A DNA stretch of 64,000 bases, from the NCBI GenBank assembly GCA_965221125.1, contig CBDCRW010000004.1, positions 704,001 through 768,000 of the forward strand, in the 5' to 3' direction. The notes under the pieces are model-generated. The model was not told the origin of the DNA, did not search any database, and saw only the letters and a list, made by a program, of their open reading frames with translations. The position numbers and the translations under genes were made by a program. This DNA is from Alphaproteobacteria bacterium (GTDB taxonomy: Bacteria; Pseudomonadota; Alphaproteobacteria; UBA828). Below are positions 40,101 to 49,000 of the stretch, one piece after another (within the stretch, counting starts at the first letter, position 1; every line of letters begins with the position of its first letter).

Positions 40101-40736
40101 CTACGAACTCTCCGGCGGCGGGTCCGGCCCCGCCCGTTGTTGGAACTGCGGTTTGCGATTCCCCACGTCGATGCCGTGGGGTTGGAAGCCCAGAGGCGCG
40201 GGTAGCGTCCGGAGCTGCCCGGCGACCAGGCCGCGCAGTTCCATCAACGCGCTGTCGCTCTTCAGACGCTCGCGCACCGCGCTCATGGTGGGCGCGCAGC
40301 CCGCGAGCAGGTCGGGGATCAGGCCGATGACGCGCACAAGCGCGTCGTGCACAAGCTTCAGCCTGCGGCGGATCCAACGCACGGCGCCGGGAAGCTCGAT
40401 GGCGTCCTCGTCCTCGGGGCAGCGCACCTCGTCCGCTGCCTCCTCCAGGCTGCCGGCCTCCTCCGCCACGACAACAACCGCTTCCAGCGCATCGAGCGTG
40501 CCCGGCAGCCGCGCCGCCAGACAGTCGGCCAGCAGGCCGATGGTCGTATGGCTCTCACGGCAATACCAGCGAGGAACCCTTGCGCCGGGCGGGGTCTTCC
40601 GCTCGTAGGTGCCGTGGCTTGCCACAGAACATCCGCCGTGCGGGTGATTCGGGCAGCGCTCAAGCCTTGCGTCGCGCCACGCCTCGGTCTTAACGTATTC
40701 CTCGCTGGTGAGCCCCGTTTCGTAGCGAAGCTGCAC
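40101..40736 (-). CDS. Zinc-finger accessory protein, copy 2
   Basis: Translation identical to 13256-13891. Confidence 0.7.
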   Translation of the reverse strand: MQLRYETGLTSEEYVKTEAWRDARLERCPNHPHGGCSVASHGTYERKTPPGARVPRWYCRESHTTIGLLADCLAARLPGTLDALEAVVVVAEEAGSLEEAADEVRCPEDEDAIELPGAVRWIRRRLKLVHDALVRVIGLIPDLLAGCAPTMSAVRERLKSDSALMELRGLVAGQLRTLPAPLGFQPHGIDVGNRKPQFQQRAGPDPPPESS

Positions 40737-42711
40737 CGGCCCTGGCCCGGCGGGAGTTCCGTCCCCCGGGCCTCTCTTTGTCGTTCAGTGAGAGGCCAAG
40801 ATTACGGACGCTCCCCGCCGCCGCCAAGCTGTGGAGCCGTGGACGCGTCCTGCGGACCGATCGGCGTCCTGCGGACCGTGTGGACAGCCCGTGGACAAGC
40901 TGGCGCTTGCCCACCGCCTGACCACACTCGCCGATCTCGCGCCCACCGCTCCACAGCTTCAACAGCAATGAGGATTCTGCTGAGGATCAAAAAAATGCCG
41001 CAGGCAGCGTCCTTCCCGCACTCGGCCACCATCCCGGGAAATCCACCAACCAATCAAAGTGAGAAAAAAACCCGTGCTTCTATCCGGCTAGACCGGAAAA
41101 CAACAGCTGAGGTCCTCGCCAGAAAGCCAAGAATGCTCACGCCATCGGATGTCGACGGTCTTGCGGGCAGCCGGGTCGAAGGATATTTCGCCGTGGCTGT
41201 GAGCTTCCCTCTTCCATGCTGGGTATTGGTGCCCGTGCAGCGTCTGGCCTCACGCGAGTCTCCTTCGGGCATGGCGCTCCTAAGAGCCTTGAGCGACAAG
41301 ACTTTCAGCGCGGAGTGGACGAATGAGTATGTTTCGCTGATTCGTCGATCAAGTCGTGATGTGATTGATCGGTCATACGACCAGCTGGTGCAACGAGCAA
41401 TGGACGGGCGGGGCCTGTAGAGTCGTACCTAGGTTCTCCGGGTGTTGTGGCGCCACTCGGTGCGCTTCGGTAACTGCTCCCTGACTTCTTCGAGATGATC
41501 GACGGATTTGATTCAGTCGTCGTCGACGGAGTCGGTATCATTACCAGAATAGGCGTATCGGCTTTCGTACGGCGCGAGAGCACGGCACAGGAATTTCTCG
41601 ATTCGTGTCCCCTGCTTCGGGACGGCGGGGAGGCCGAGCGGCTCGGACACGCTCTCGGCCCCGTGCGACCGTGGTGCTCCGGGGCCCTCTCGCCCTTGGT
41701 TGGCGTTATGTCGGGCGGGCGAAGAGGGTCGTGTCCGCAGACAGGGGAAACCAGTCGAATCTTCCGGTCGAGGACCTGGGACGGTGGGAAGGCCAGACCC
41801 GAGGGCATAGTATGGGTTGGCGGCGACGGGAGAATTGCTGTGGCGGCGCGATGCGAGGGAGCAGAAAGGCCGGACCGTACAGTGGGCTCCCGCATCGTCT
41901 GACAGACGCCATTGGCGACCGCGCGATGTGGAAGCACTGGTGGACGGCTAGCCGAGCGTCGGAAACGTCGCTCGCGCTCGAGGCCGGCGGCGTTGCCGGG
42001 GACGGGATCGAAAATCCACGTGATCCGCGTGTTTCGTGCTAACGGTCTAGCGGATGCGCACTATCGGTGTGCAAGATGGACGAGGCGCACCGGGACCACG
42101 ACGATCCGGGGAGGGAACGGGTGAACAGGGCTGACGTCGCCGGTCGTGTCCGTCGGCGAGACCGAATCGGACCCGTCAGCAACGAGTGACAGGCGAGGAG
42201 GTGGGTGTTGCGGATGTTGAAGCCCGGCGACTACGGTACGATGATGGCTGTCCGGCTTGGCTGCTCAGCTTGCCGGGAGGAGCCAAGCGGGCACCCCGGG
42301 TTGACGGCAGGCAGCCTTCACGGCTACCGCTAATGTGGCGAATGAGGCCGGAACACGGCAGGGGGCGGCCATCTTGCAGTTGCCGGTTCCTCTCAAGGCC
42401 TCAACGGTATAGGCTGATCAACACTACTGCCGAGGGCTGACAGATGTCCACGCGCCCTTGCCGAGAAGGCAAAGTCAAGTCCGGACGTACACATGCCGGG
42501 AGTGCCTCCAGACAGACCGCGACGACCAGGGGACTTGGTGCTGCACGCGCAACCACCATCGCCCTGAACGTGCTGCCAAAGCGCTTTCGCGTGTGCTTGT
42601 GAACCCATCTCGCGTTGACGTACGTCAGATACGCCAACTCCTTATGCACTCACCACACAACCGCCACGTAAAGTATAGCAATCGCGAATGCACTTCGAGG
42701 AAACAGCCATA

Positions 42712-43173
42712 ATGACTTCAGATAGTCCGCCATTCAGGCTTTCCCTCTGGAAAGATTACGTGCCGCAACGAACACTTATTGCGACGCAAGTTGAAGGAAA
42801 TAGCCAGGAACCGAAGGTAATTGTTCAAGAAAATTTACAAGAAGAGATTTACTCGTGGCATACACTAGAAGATCCGTTTGGTGGTGTTACCGACTCCGAG
42901 CTACGACAAAAGCTTCGCCACGCTCTTGTGGAGCGCTTGAATCCGTCACTTCCACCGTCTCAGAGGGGTATTGAAGTACTCGAGGAATTCGCACGGCTAG
43001 CGGGAAAGGCTATCGTCGATCGTAAGGTAGAATGGGTCTGGGGACACGGTGCTTCCCAGCATAACGATGCGATGGTAGAGCCACTAAACTCCTTATTGGC
43101 ACTCAAGTTGCATGTGGATTGGCTTCTGGCCTGCTTCATTGCGCGACCCGGAATCTCGGTGTCGGTACGATGA
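42712..43173 (+). CDS. Hypothetical protein, first gene of eight-gene operon
   Basis: GAGGA RBS; stop overlaps the next ATG. Confidence 0.75.
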   Translation: MTSDSPPFRLSLWKDYVPQRTLIATQVEGNSQEPKVIVQENLQEEIYSWHTLEDPFGGVTDSELRQKLRHALVERLNPSLPPSQRGIEVLEEFARLAGKAIVDRKVEWVWGHGASQHNDAMVEPLNSLLALKLHVDWLLACFIARPGISVSVR

Positions 43174-45218
43174 TGTCCTTTCATCTGAATTCACCCGCAG
43201 AAGCAGAAGCGGCGATAGCTAATCTTCTCAAGGAGGAATATTCCAAGCCAAATGGTCAATGTTCCATTTGCGTTCGGGACGATGGTGCCTTTTTGAACCA
43301 AGAATGGCTCAATCTTGGTGTCCTTTACTTTCCTGACTTGCCAAAGGATTCCGATGACTTGGAAGAGTATGAGGCGTGGCAAAATCTTGTGAAACTCGGA
43401 GCGTTCGAGTGGCATATAGCGGACTATAAGGCGATCGAAGAAAAATTAGCGCATTTGCTTGGCCATGAGATCGGCAAGGGTGATTTTCATTTGGGTACTC
43501 TAACTCGCGATATCTCATGTATTGCGGTGAGGACCGGCTTGTTGCTGCCTACATTCGATCCGGCGGCGCTGGACGAGATGCCCTATCGTCGATCAACGAC
43601 TATCATATCAGATACATCTGGTGTAGTACAGGGTGGTCTGGACTTTGTTGCCTCACATCTGAGTCCTGCTGCCAGAATAAAGGTTCCTTCAATCGTGCAT
43701 ATGGAGTTGGTTGGCGCCGCTGAGAACTACTTTAGTCTTCGCAGAGCTTCTAAGACCAAGAATGCCGCGCGCCGCCGTAAGGAACTTGTGGAACACTTAA
43801 AGAGCCAAGGCGGACAACGCTCATTGCTGCGTCTGGAGCTTCACCAAAGTACGGAAGTCGAGCGCACGTTTTTGCTCGGCGACCCGCTGCGGGAAGCTTT
43901 TGCAACAGATAACGACCGTGAATTGTCTGGTCTAAACATTAGTTTGGCAATTAGGTCTTACGCAGACCGTCTAATTTTAGAAGCGGCCCGTCAACATCAA
44001 GCGCATATGGGCCCCGGGCATGAAGTGCGACTACTAACCGCGGATCAGGGTTTGGCTAGAATGGCGTTAGCAGAGGGCATCCGGCCTTTATATTTCGGGA
44101 CAATTGACGCGGGAAGATTTTTTGGCAACTGCTTGACTGGAAGAACTTTTGACCCGTACCAAGGATCGGTGCAAGGGATCTCAATAGCGACGGTACTTTG
44201 GGAATTTGCTACGGCGTTTGGTTCAGCGCGACTGCAAGGGAAACAGACGGGGAGTGAGTTTTGCGTTTCGGCGCTTGGAGAGGATATGTCGTGGGCACCA
44301 TATCATTCCTTAGAAGACCTGCTTTGGTGTCGTCGGACCAATGGCGCGCCCAAGACCGACCCATCCAAAGTTGCCAAGAGGGAGGCTCGGGCCAAGGGGG
44401 ATGATCACGGCGAGGGGGTGGCTAAGCGGCCGAGCCGTACTACGACCTACCGACGCTTTGATGTCTCGAAGTTAGTCCGGCTGGTTTGCGAGCTGGATGA
44501 CGTACAGAAAATGGACGAAGAGGCAGTTGTAGGGATTGTTCAAACGAAGCATACCCGAGGGTTCCAGGAATACGAACGGTTTTTGTTGTCAGGAGGATTT
44601 ATCTCAGAGTCAGGAGGAATTTGGACTGCGGAGCCTCCCCTAATGGATATGTCCGCGGCGCTTCGGAACGAGAACGTGGAGGCTGTTCGTGACTTGTTGG
44701 GCGCTACACCTTCTTTCAGCGACTTCATGGGACTGCTTGGGAATGCAGGCCTCGGGGAGCCGTTGGATACGGAGTTCGCCGGTCGGAGCTCATCCACCTA
44801 TCGAACGTTGGGCGAAATTGTGCATGTCTGCGCCGCGGTTCGGGGAAAGGGGATTTACTCGACGGCGACCGTGCCGGATGCAGAGGGCTTTGCGGAGATC
44901 GCGCTAAAGCGGTTTCGCCAGCTCGACAAAGGCGACGGGTTGGTGTCCACGGGCAAGTGGCTGGAAACGCTTGTTGCAGAGGACGGCATTCATCCCGAAG
45001 TAGCTCGGAAGCTATTGGAGGAAGCAAGACAAAGACGCTTGTTGCGAAGGTCGACAGAGGGATCGACGATGCAAATGCGGTATAGAACGCACATCGTGCA
45101 TATCTTGCGGGTGGTATCCGGTGTTCCGACGGTAGTTCCTGTGCACCTGTATAGGGGAGATTACCTGATTCAGGGCAAGGCCAGTGCGAGCTTGCGGATT
45201 GAAGGAGGCGATCAATGA
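43170..45218 (+). CDS. PIN-domain nuclease-like protein with extended C-terminus
   Basis: PIN acidic motifs IISDTS, VHMEL, ADRLIL, LLTADQGL. Confidence 0.72.
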   Translation: MMSFHLNSPAEAEAAIANLLKEEYSKPNGQCSICVRDDGAFLNQEWLNLGVLYFPDLPKDSDDLEEYEAWQNLVKLGAFEWHIADYKAIEEKLAHLLGHEIGKGDFHLGTLTRDISCIAVRTGLLLPTFDPAALDEMPYRRSTTIISDTSGVVQGGLDFVASHLSPAARIKVPSIVHMELVGAAENYFSLRRASKTKNAARRRKELVEHLKSQGGQRSLLRLELHQSTEVERTFLLGDPLREAFATDNDRELSGLNISLAIRSYADRLILEAARQHQAHMGPGHEVRLLTADQGLARMALAEGIRPLYFGTIDAGRFFGNCLTGRTFDPYQGSVQGISIATVLWEFATAFGSARLQGKQTGSEFCVSALGEDMSWAPYHSLEDLLWCRRTNGAPKTDPSKVAKREARAKGDDHGEGVAKRPSRTTTYRRFDVSKLVRLVCELDDVQKMDEEAVVGIVQTKHTRGFQEYERFLLSGGFISESGGIWTAEPPLMDMSAALRNENVEAVRDLLGATPSFSDFMGLLGNAGLGEPLDTEFAGRSSSTYRTLGEIVHVCAAVRGKGIYSTATVPDAEGFAEIALKRFRQLDKGDGLVSTGKWLETLVAEDGIHPEVARKLLEEARQRRLLRRSTEGSTMQMRYRTHIVHILRVVSGVPTVVPVHLYRGDYLIQGKASASLRIEGGDQ

Positions 45219-46336
45219 GCCTACGAGATAAGCTTCAGCAGGCGCGACGCTCCAGCGAGGGCTCGCCACGGGGGATGTTTGAGCGCTTCGGAGTAACAGC
45301 GAATCCGTTCCCTGCGGCAAGCCAAACGTCGGGGAATCCTCATTATCCGCAAGAAGAAGCAGATGAACTGGCGGAAACGCAAATTGCTGCGTTCGTAAGG
45401 GACAATAGGTCACAGAGCTTGACTGTCGTCGGTTCTCAAGGAGTAGGAAAGACGAATTTTCTAAATTATTTTGAAGAACAATTGACTGATGTCGCAGACG
45501 AATTAGAGGGTTACTATGTTGTTCGATACCTAGCGGATCCTGAAAATACGTTTGATGGCACAATTCACAAATTGCTTCAAGAGTTAGGCGCAGAGCATTT
45601 TGCGAGACTAGCAGAATCGTTGAGTGAGGATCAAAATGCGATACGAGTGGCACGAAGTCAAGATCTTCAGACAGCACTACGTAGGCTTGCAGAAACAGAT
45701 GAGAATGAAGATAGAGCAGAAACTATTGAGTTGATGCTGGCTTGGCTGTTAGGACACCGAGTCCTAAAGATACATCGGGAATGGCTAGGAGTGAATTTTC
45801 GACAAGATACAGTCGAGGCAAAAACTGCGACTTTTCGTGATATCGTAGAAGTGAGCAGCGAAGCGGGAATTCTAAAGGGAATTTTTTTGCTGTTAGACGA
45901 ACTGGAAAAGCAGGATGGCGTTTTGGGCCCGAGAGCAGTGGTAAGATACCTGTCGGCAATCAGGGCGATTATTGATGCCTTGCCGCGAGGCTTGTTTTTG
46001 ATGCTGGCGGTGACGCCGGATGCGCTATTGCGATACACTGCTGCACTGCCAGCGTTACGCGGAAGACTGGAAAATCAGGTAGTATTGGAAGCTTTGCAAG
46101 ATGAAGAGGAAGCAGTAGAACTGGCAGAGTTCTATATCGACAAGGCTCGCGAGAAGGCAAGGGAAGATCGTAATCGGAGGGGAGGAAGTGAAGAAATCTT
46201 GTCGAGGCGTAAGATTGAGAAATGTTTTCAGACGCTTTGGGAACGAGCGGAGGAAAGAGGAGATGACGGTGTCAGGCAACGAGAGTTCTTGAACGCACTT
46301 CATCTTCGTACCGAAAAAGAGCTGCGGGGAGATTGA
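45215..46336 (+). CDS. P-loop AAA+ ATPase
   Basis: NPFP, Walker A GSQGVGKT, Walker B LLLDELE, PALRGR. Confidence 0.88.
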   Translation: MSLRDKLQQARRSSEGSPRGMFERFGVTANPFPAASQTSGNPHYPQEEADELAETQIAAFVRDNRSQSLTVVGSQGVGKTNFLNYFEEQLTDVADELEGYYVVRYLADPENTFDGTIHKLLQELGAEHFARLAESLSEDQNAIRVARSQDLQTALRRLAETDENEDRAETIELMLAWLLGHRVLKIHREWLGVNFRQDTVEAKTATFRDIVEVSSEAGILKGIFLLLDELEKQDGVLGPRAVVRYLSAIRAIIDALPRGLFLMLAVTPDALLRYTAALPALRGRLENQVVLEALQDEEEAVELAEFYIDKAREKAREDRNRRGGSEEILSRRKIEKCFQTLWERAEERGDDGVRQREFLNALHLRTEKELRGD

Positions 46337-46369
46337 AGCAGTGGAGACGAGTGATAGCCTAGGGATGGA

Positions 46370-47845
46370 ATGAGTGGTGTGAGCGAGGACGGGATGGCGG
46401 CTGTAGCAATCGAAAAACAAGATGGAAGCGCGGTCGGGAGAAATACGCCAAATTCTCAGCAAGGGGCACAAACGAAGAGGACAGGGAGGGGATTCGTGAT
46501 AAGCGGTGCTCCAAGGCTGGTAGTGTCTGGGCGAATTCGTAGGGAGTCCGAGAAGCACGATCCAGATCGGGAATATCGGTTTGGTTATGCTGATGAACAC
46601 CATTCGGAATTACCGCACGTGGTCAAGTTCTCGGGTGGCAGATCGAGTGGCATGCTGCTGTTGACACTCTTGGCAAATGACATACTGAAGGCCGAACGAG
46701 GGGATGTCGTGTTGTTCAATAATACGGCAAGCGAGCATCCCCAGACTTACGACTTTGTAAGAGAGTGTAAGGCAGTAACGGAGCAGTACGGTATTCCTTT
46801 CTACCTTGTGGAGTTTCAGACCTATGAAGACGCCCGCAAGGGCGAGTGGACACGGCTGCCGAGCTACCGCCTCGTGAATAGCAAGCCGTGGTCAGAAACG
46901 AATCCGGACGGGGTCCATTGGCGGGGCGAGGTTTTCGAGGAGGTGATGTCGTGGTCGGGGTTCGTGCCAAACCAGTTCCGGCGTATCTGCACGACTAACA
47001 TGAAGTTGGGTGCAACCCGTATGTTCCTGCGCGACTGGTTGGCTTGCAAAGAGTCGATTCCGCGGCTTGGACACTTCGGATCGGGGTGCCGTATAGACGG
47101 GAAGGCTATGTATGCGCGTCACAGGCGCAACGGCGGAGAGGTGCCCGAAGAAATCTACATTGCCAAGAAGCGGTATGGCTGGAGCCGTCCGTATGTCCGG
47201 CCAGAACAGCGATACGAGAGTTTTTCGAAGGCATGGCGACCGTTCGAAAACAAGTGGCTAGCGGGCAAGGCGCATGGCGACCTGGCGGTGTTTGGCAAGG
47301 GAGGCGTCGAGTATGTGGCGTTTGTCGGCCTGCGTTGCGATGAGCCCGCAAGAGTCGGAAGGGTGAAGGAACGCAATAATGGGCCCGAAGCATCCGGATA
47401 CGATGGCGAGCATGTGTACATGCCCCTCGTGGACATGCACGTGGCGGCAGCGGATGTGAATGCGTTTTGGGCCCGACAGGAGTTGGACCTATGTTTGCCC
47501 CCGGACAGTGGGCTCTCGAACTGTGTGTACTGCTTCTTGAAAGGCGGTGCGACGCTGCGGAAAGTGCAACGTGAAATGGCGGGCGCGAAGCGCCAGGAAG
47601 CTCGGCTAGGCTACGGTCCACTCGACGGGACGCCGTGCGACGTCGCATGGTGGCAACGCATGGAAGAGGTGTACGGGCGCGACCTCGTAGCGGAGGAGCG
47701 GAAAATTCAGTCGGAGTTGGAGCATGATTTCCTGGGCTTCTTCGGTGCGGGAAGCCGATTTACGTATCGGTTGCTCGGAGAAGCCGACGAATCGGAGTTG
47801 GAGCAGTTCGACGCCAGTTTGTTGCCCTGCGATTGCACGGACTAG
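46370..47845 (+). CDS. PP-loop / PAPS-reductase-like protein with Cys clusters (probable Fe-S)
   Basis: FSGGRSSG, NTASEH..TY.F, RICTTNMK, GLRCDE..R, SNCVYCFLK, C-terminal PCDCTD; true start may be downstream. Confidence 0.85.
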   Translation: MSGVSEDGMAAVAIEKQDGSAVGRNTPNSQQGAQTKRTGRGFVISGAPRLVVSGRIRRESEKHDPDREYRFGYADEHHSELPHVVKFSGGRSSGMLLLTLLANDILKAERGDVVLFNNTASEHPQTYDFVRECKAVTEQYGIPFYLVEFQTYEDARKGEWTRLPSYRLVNSKPWSETNPDGVHWRGEVFEEVMSWSGFVPNQFRRICTTNMKLGATRMFLRDWLACKESIPRLGHFGSGCRIDGKAMYARHRRNGGEVPEEIYIAKKRYGWSRPYVRPEQRYESFSKAWRPFENKWLAGKAHGDLAVFGKGGVEYVAFVGLRCDEPARVGRVKERNNGPEASGYDGEHVYMPLVDMHVAAADVNAFWARQELDLCLPPDSGLSNCVYCFLKGGATLRKVQREMAGAKRQEARLGYGPLDGTPCDVAWWQRMEEVYGRDLVAEERKIQSELEHDFLGFFGAGSRFTYRLLGEADESELEQFDASLLPCDCTD

Positions 47846-47847
47846 AC

Positions 47848-48987
47848 GTGGCGGAACGGCCGGTCTATCTGGATTGTCAAGCCACGACGCCGCCTGACCC
47901 GAGAGTGGTCACGGCGATAGTCGAAGCGTTTGATGCATTCGGGAACCCACACGGGCGTCAACACGTATACGGGCGAACGGCGGCGGACGCCATAGACGTG
48001 GCTCGGAGTCGGGTGGCCGGACTTCTGAACACGTACCCCAATCGAATCGTATTCACATCCGGAGCAACGGAATCCTGCAACCTCGCACTGCGGGGCGTGG
48101 CGCGCGCCGCCGCTCCCAAGCGACGGCGTATCATTACACTCGCTACAGAACATGCGGCGGTGCTCGAGACTGTAGAGGATCTAGGACGACACGGTTTCGA
48201 GGCGATCGTCTTGCCGGTCAGGCCGGACGGGCTCGTAGACCTCGATTGTCTCGACCAGGTGGTCGACGACGAGACGCTGATCGTTTCCGTCATGGCAGTG
48301 AACAACGAAATCGGTGTGATCCAGCCGCTCGCCAAAGTCGCTTCGATCTGCCGGCGCTATGGCGCACTGTTCCATACTGATGCAACGCAAGCGCCCGCTC
48401 GCATCGAAGTGGATGTCGAGACTTGGGGAGCCGACCTCTTGTCGATTTCGTCGCACAAGCTGTACGGACCAAAGGGCATTGGGGCGCTGTACGTGGCCGA
48501 TGACGGATTGCTTGGACCCACGTTGACCGGAGGTGGTCAAGAGCGTGGCATGCGGTCGGGAACAGTGCCGACGGAGCTCGCGTGCGGCTTCGGAGAGGCT
48601 GCGGAGCTGGCCGGAGACGAGCGGCCTGCTGACGCCGAGCGGATGACTCGTCTTGCCGCCAAGTTGCGGACCGGTATCGATGCGATGGAGGCGGATGTAC
48701 GCTATTTCGGTTCAGACAAGGAGCGGGCGCCTGGGACGTTAAACTTTGGGTTCCCTGGGATCTCCGGCGACAAGCTCGTTGCGATGGTGGAGACCGAGAT
48801 TGCGATCTCGAGCGCCTCCGCGTGTTCCTCCGGAACTGCAGGAGTTTCTCATGTGCTAGCCGCGCTTGGTTGCGGCCGGTCTGAAGCACTTACCGGCGTG
48901 CGTGTGGGATTGGGCCGATTTACGACGGAGACAGACATCGAGATTGCTTTGACGGCGATTGGTCGGGCGGTAGGTACGGCTGCATGA
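47848..48987 (+). CDS. Cysteine desulfurase (IscS/DndA/SspA-like)
   Basis: YLD.QATT, FTSGATE, HTDATQ, SSHKLYGPKG (PLP Lys), SSASACSS (catalytic Cys). Confidence 0.93.
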   Translation: MAERPVYLDCQATTPPDPRVVTAIVEAFDAFGNPHGRQHVYGRTAADAIDVARSRVAGLLNTYPNRIVFTSGATESCNLALRGVARAAAPKRRRIITLATEHAAVLETVEDLGRHGFEAIVLPVRPDGLVDLDCLDQVVDDETLIVSVMAVNNEIGVIQPLAKVASICRRYGALFHTDATQAPARIEVDVETWGADLLSISSHKLYGPKGIGALYVADDGLLGPTLTGGGQERGMRSGTVPTELACGFGEAAELAGDERPADAERMTRLAAKLRTGIDAMEADVRYFGSDKERAPGTLNFGFPGISGDKLVAMVETEIAISSASACSSGTAGVSHVLAALGCGRSEALTGVRVGLGRFTTETDIEIALTAIGRAVGTAA

Positions 48988-49000
48988 AGAGATTGGGACG

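Larger units (their letters stand above)
36485..41105 (-). mobile_element. 4621-bp four-gene DDE transposon, copy 2, with 5-bp TSD
   Basis: TSD GCTGA at 36480-36484 and 41106-41110; TGTTG/CAACA ends; subterminal repeats TTATTTGACG x2 and TCCCAGATT x2. Confidence 0.95.
36261..41420 (+). pseudogene. PD-(D/E)xK-like nuclease (~177 aa) interrupted by transposon copy 2
   Basis: 36261-36484 plus 41111-41420 rejoin in frame: ...KGHPDLISEKGGQEFRFEVEA|EVLARKPRMLT...; start codon uncertain. Confidence 0.78.

Noticed and set aside
41421-42700. Coding genes between the nuclease and the eight-gene operon
   Set aside because: Only short overlapping ORFs without motifs or convincing RBS; treated as decayed backbone and promoter region
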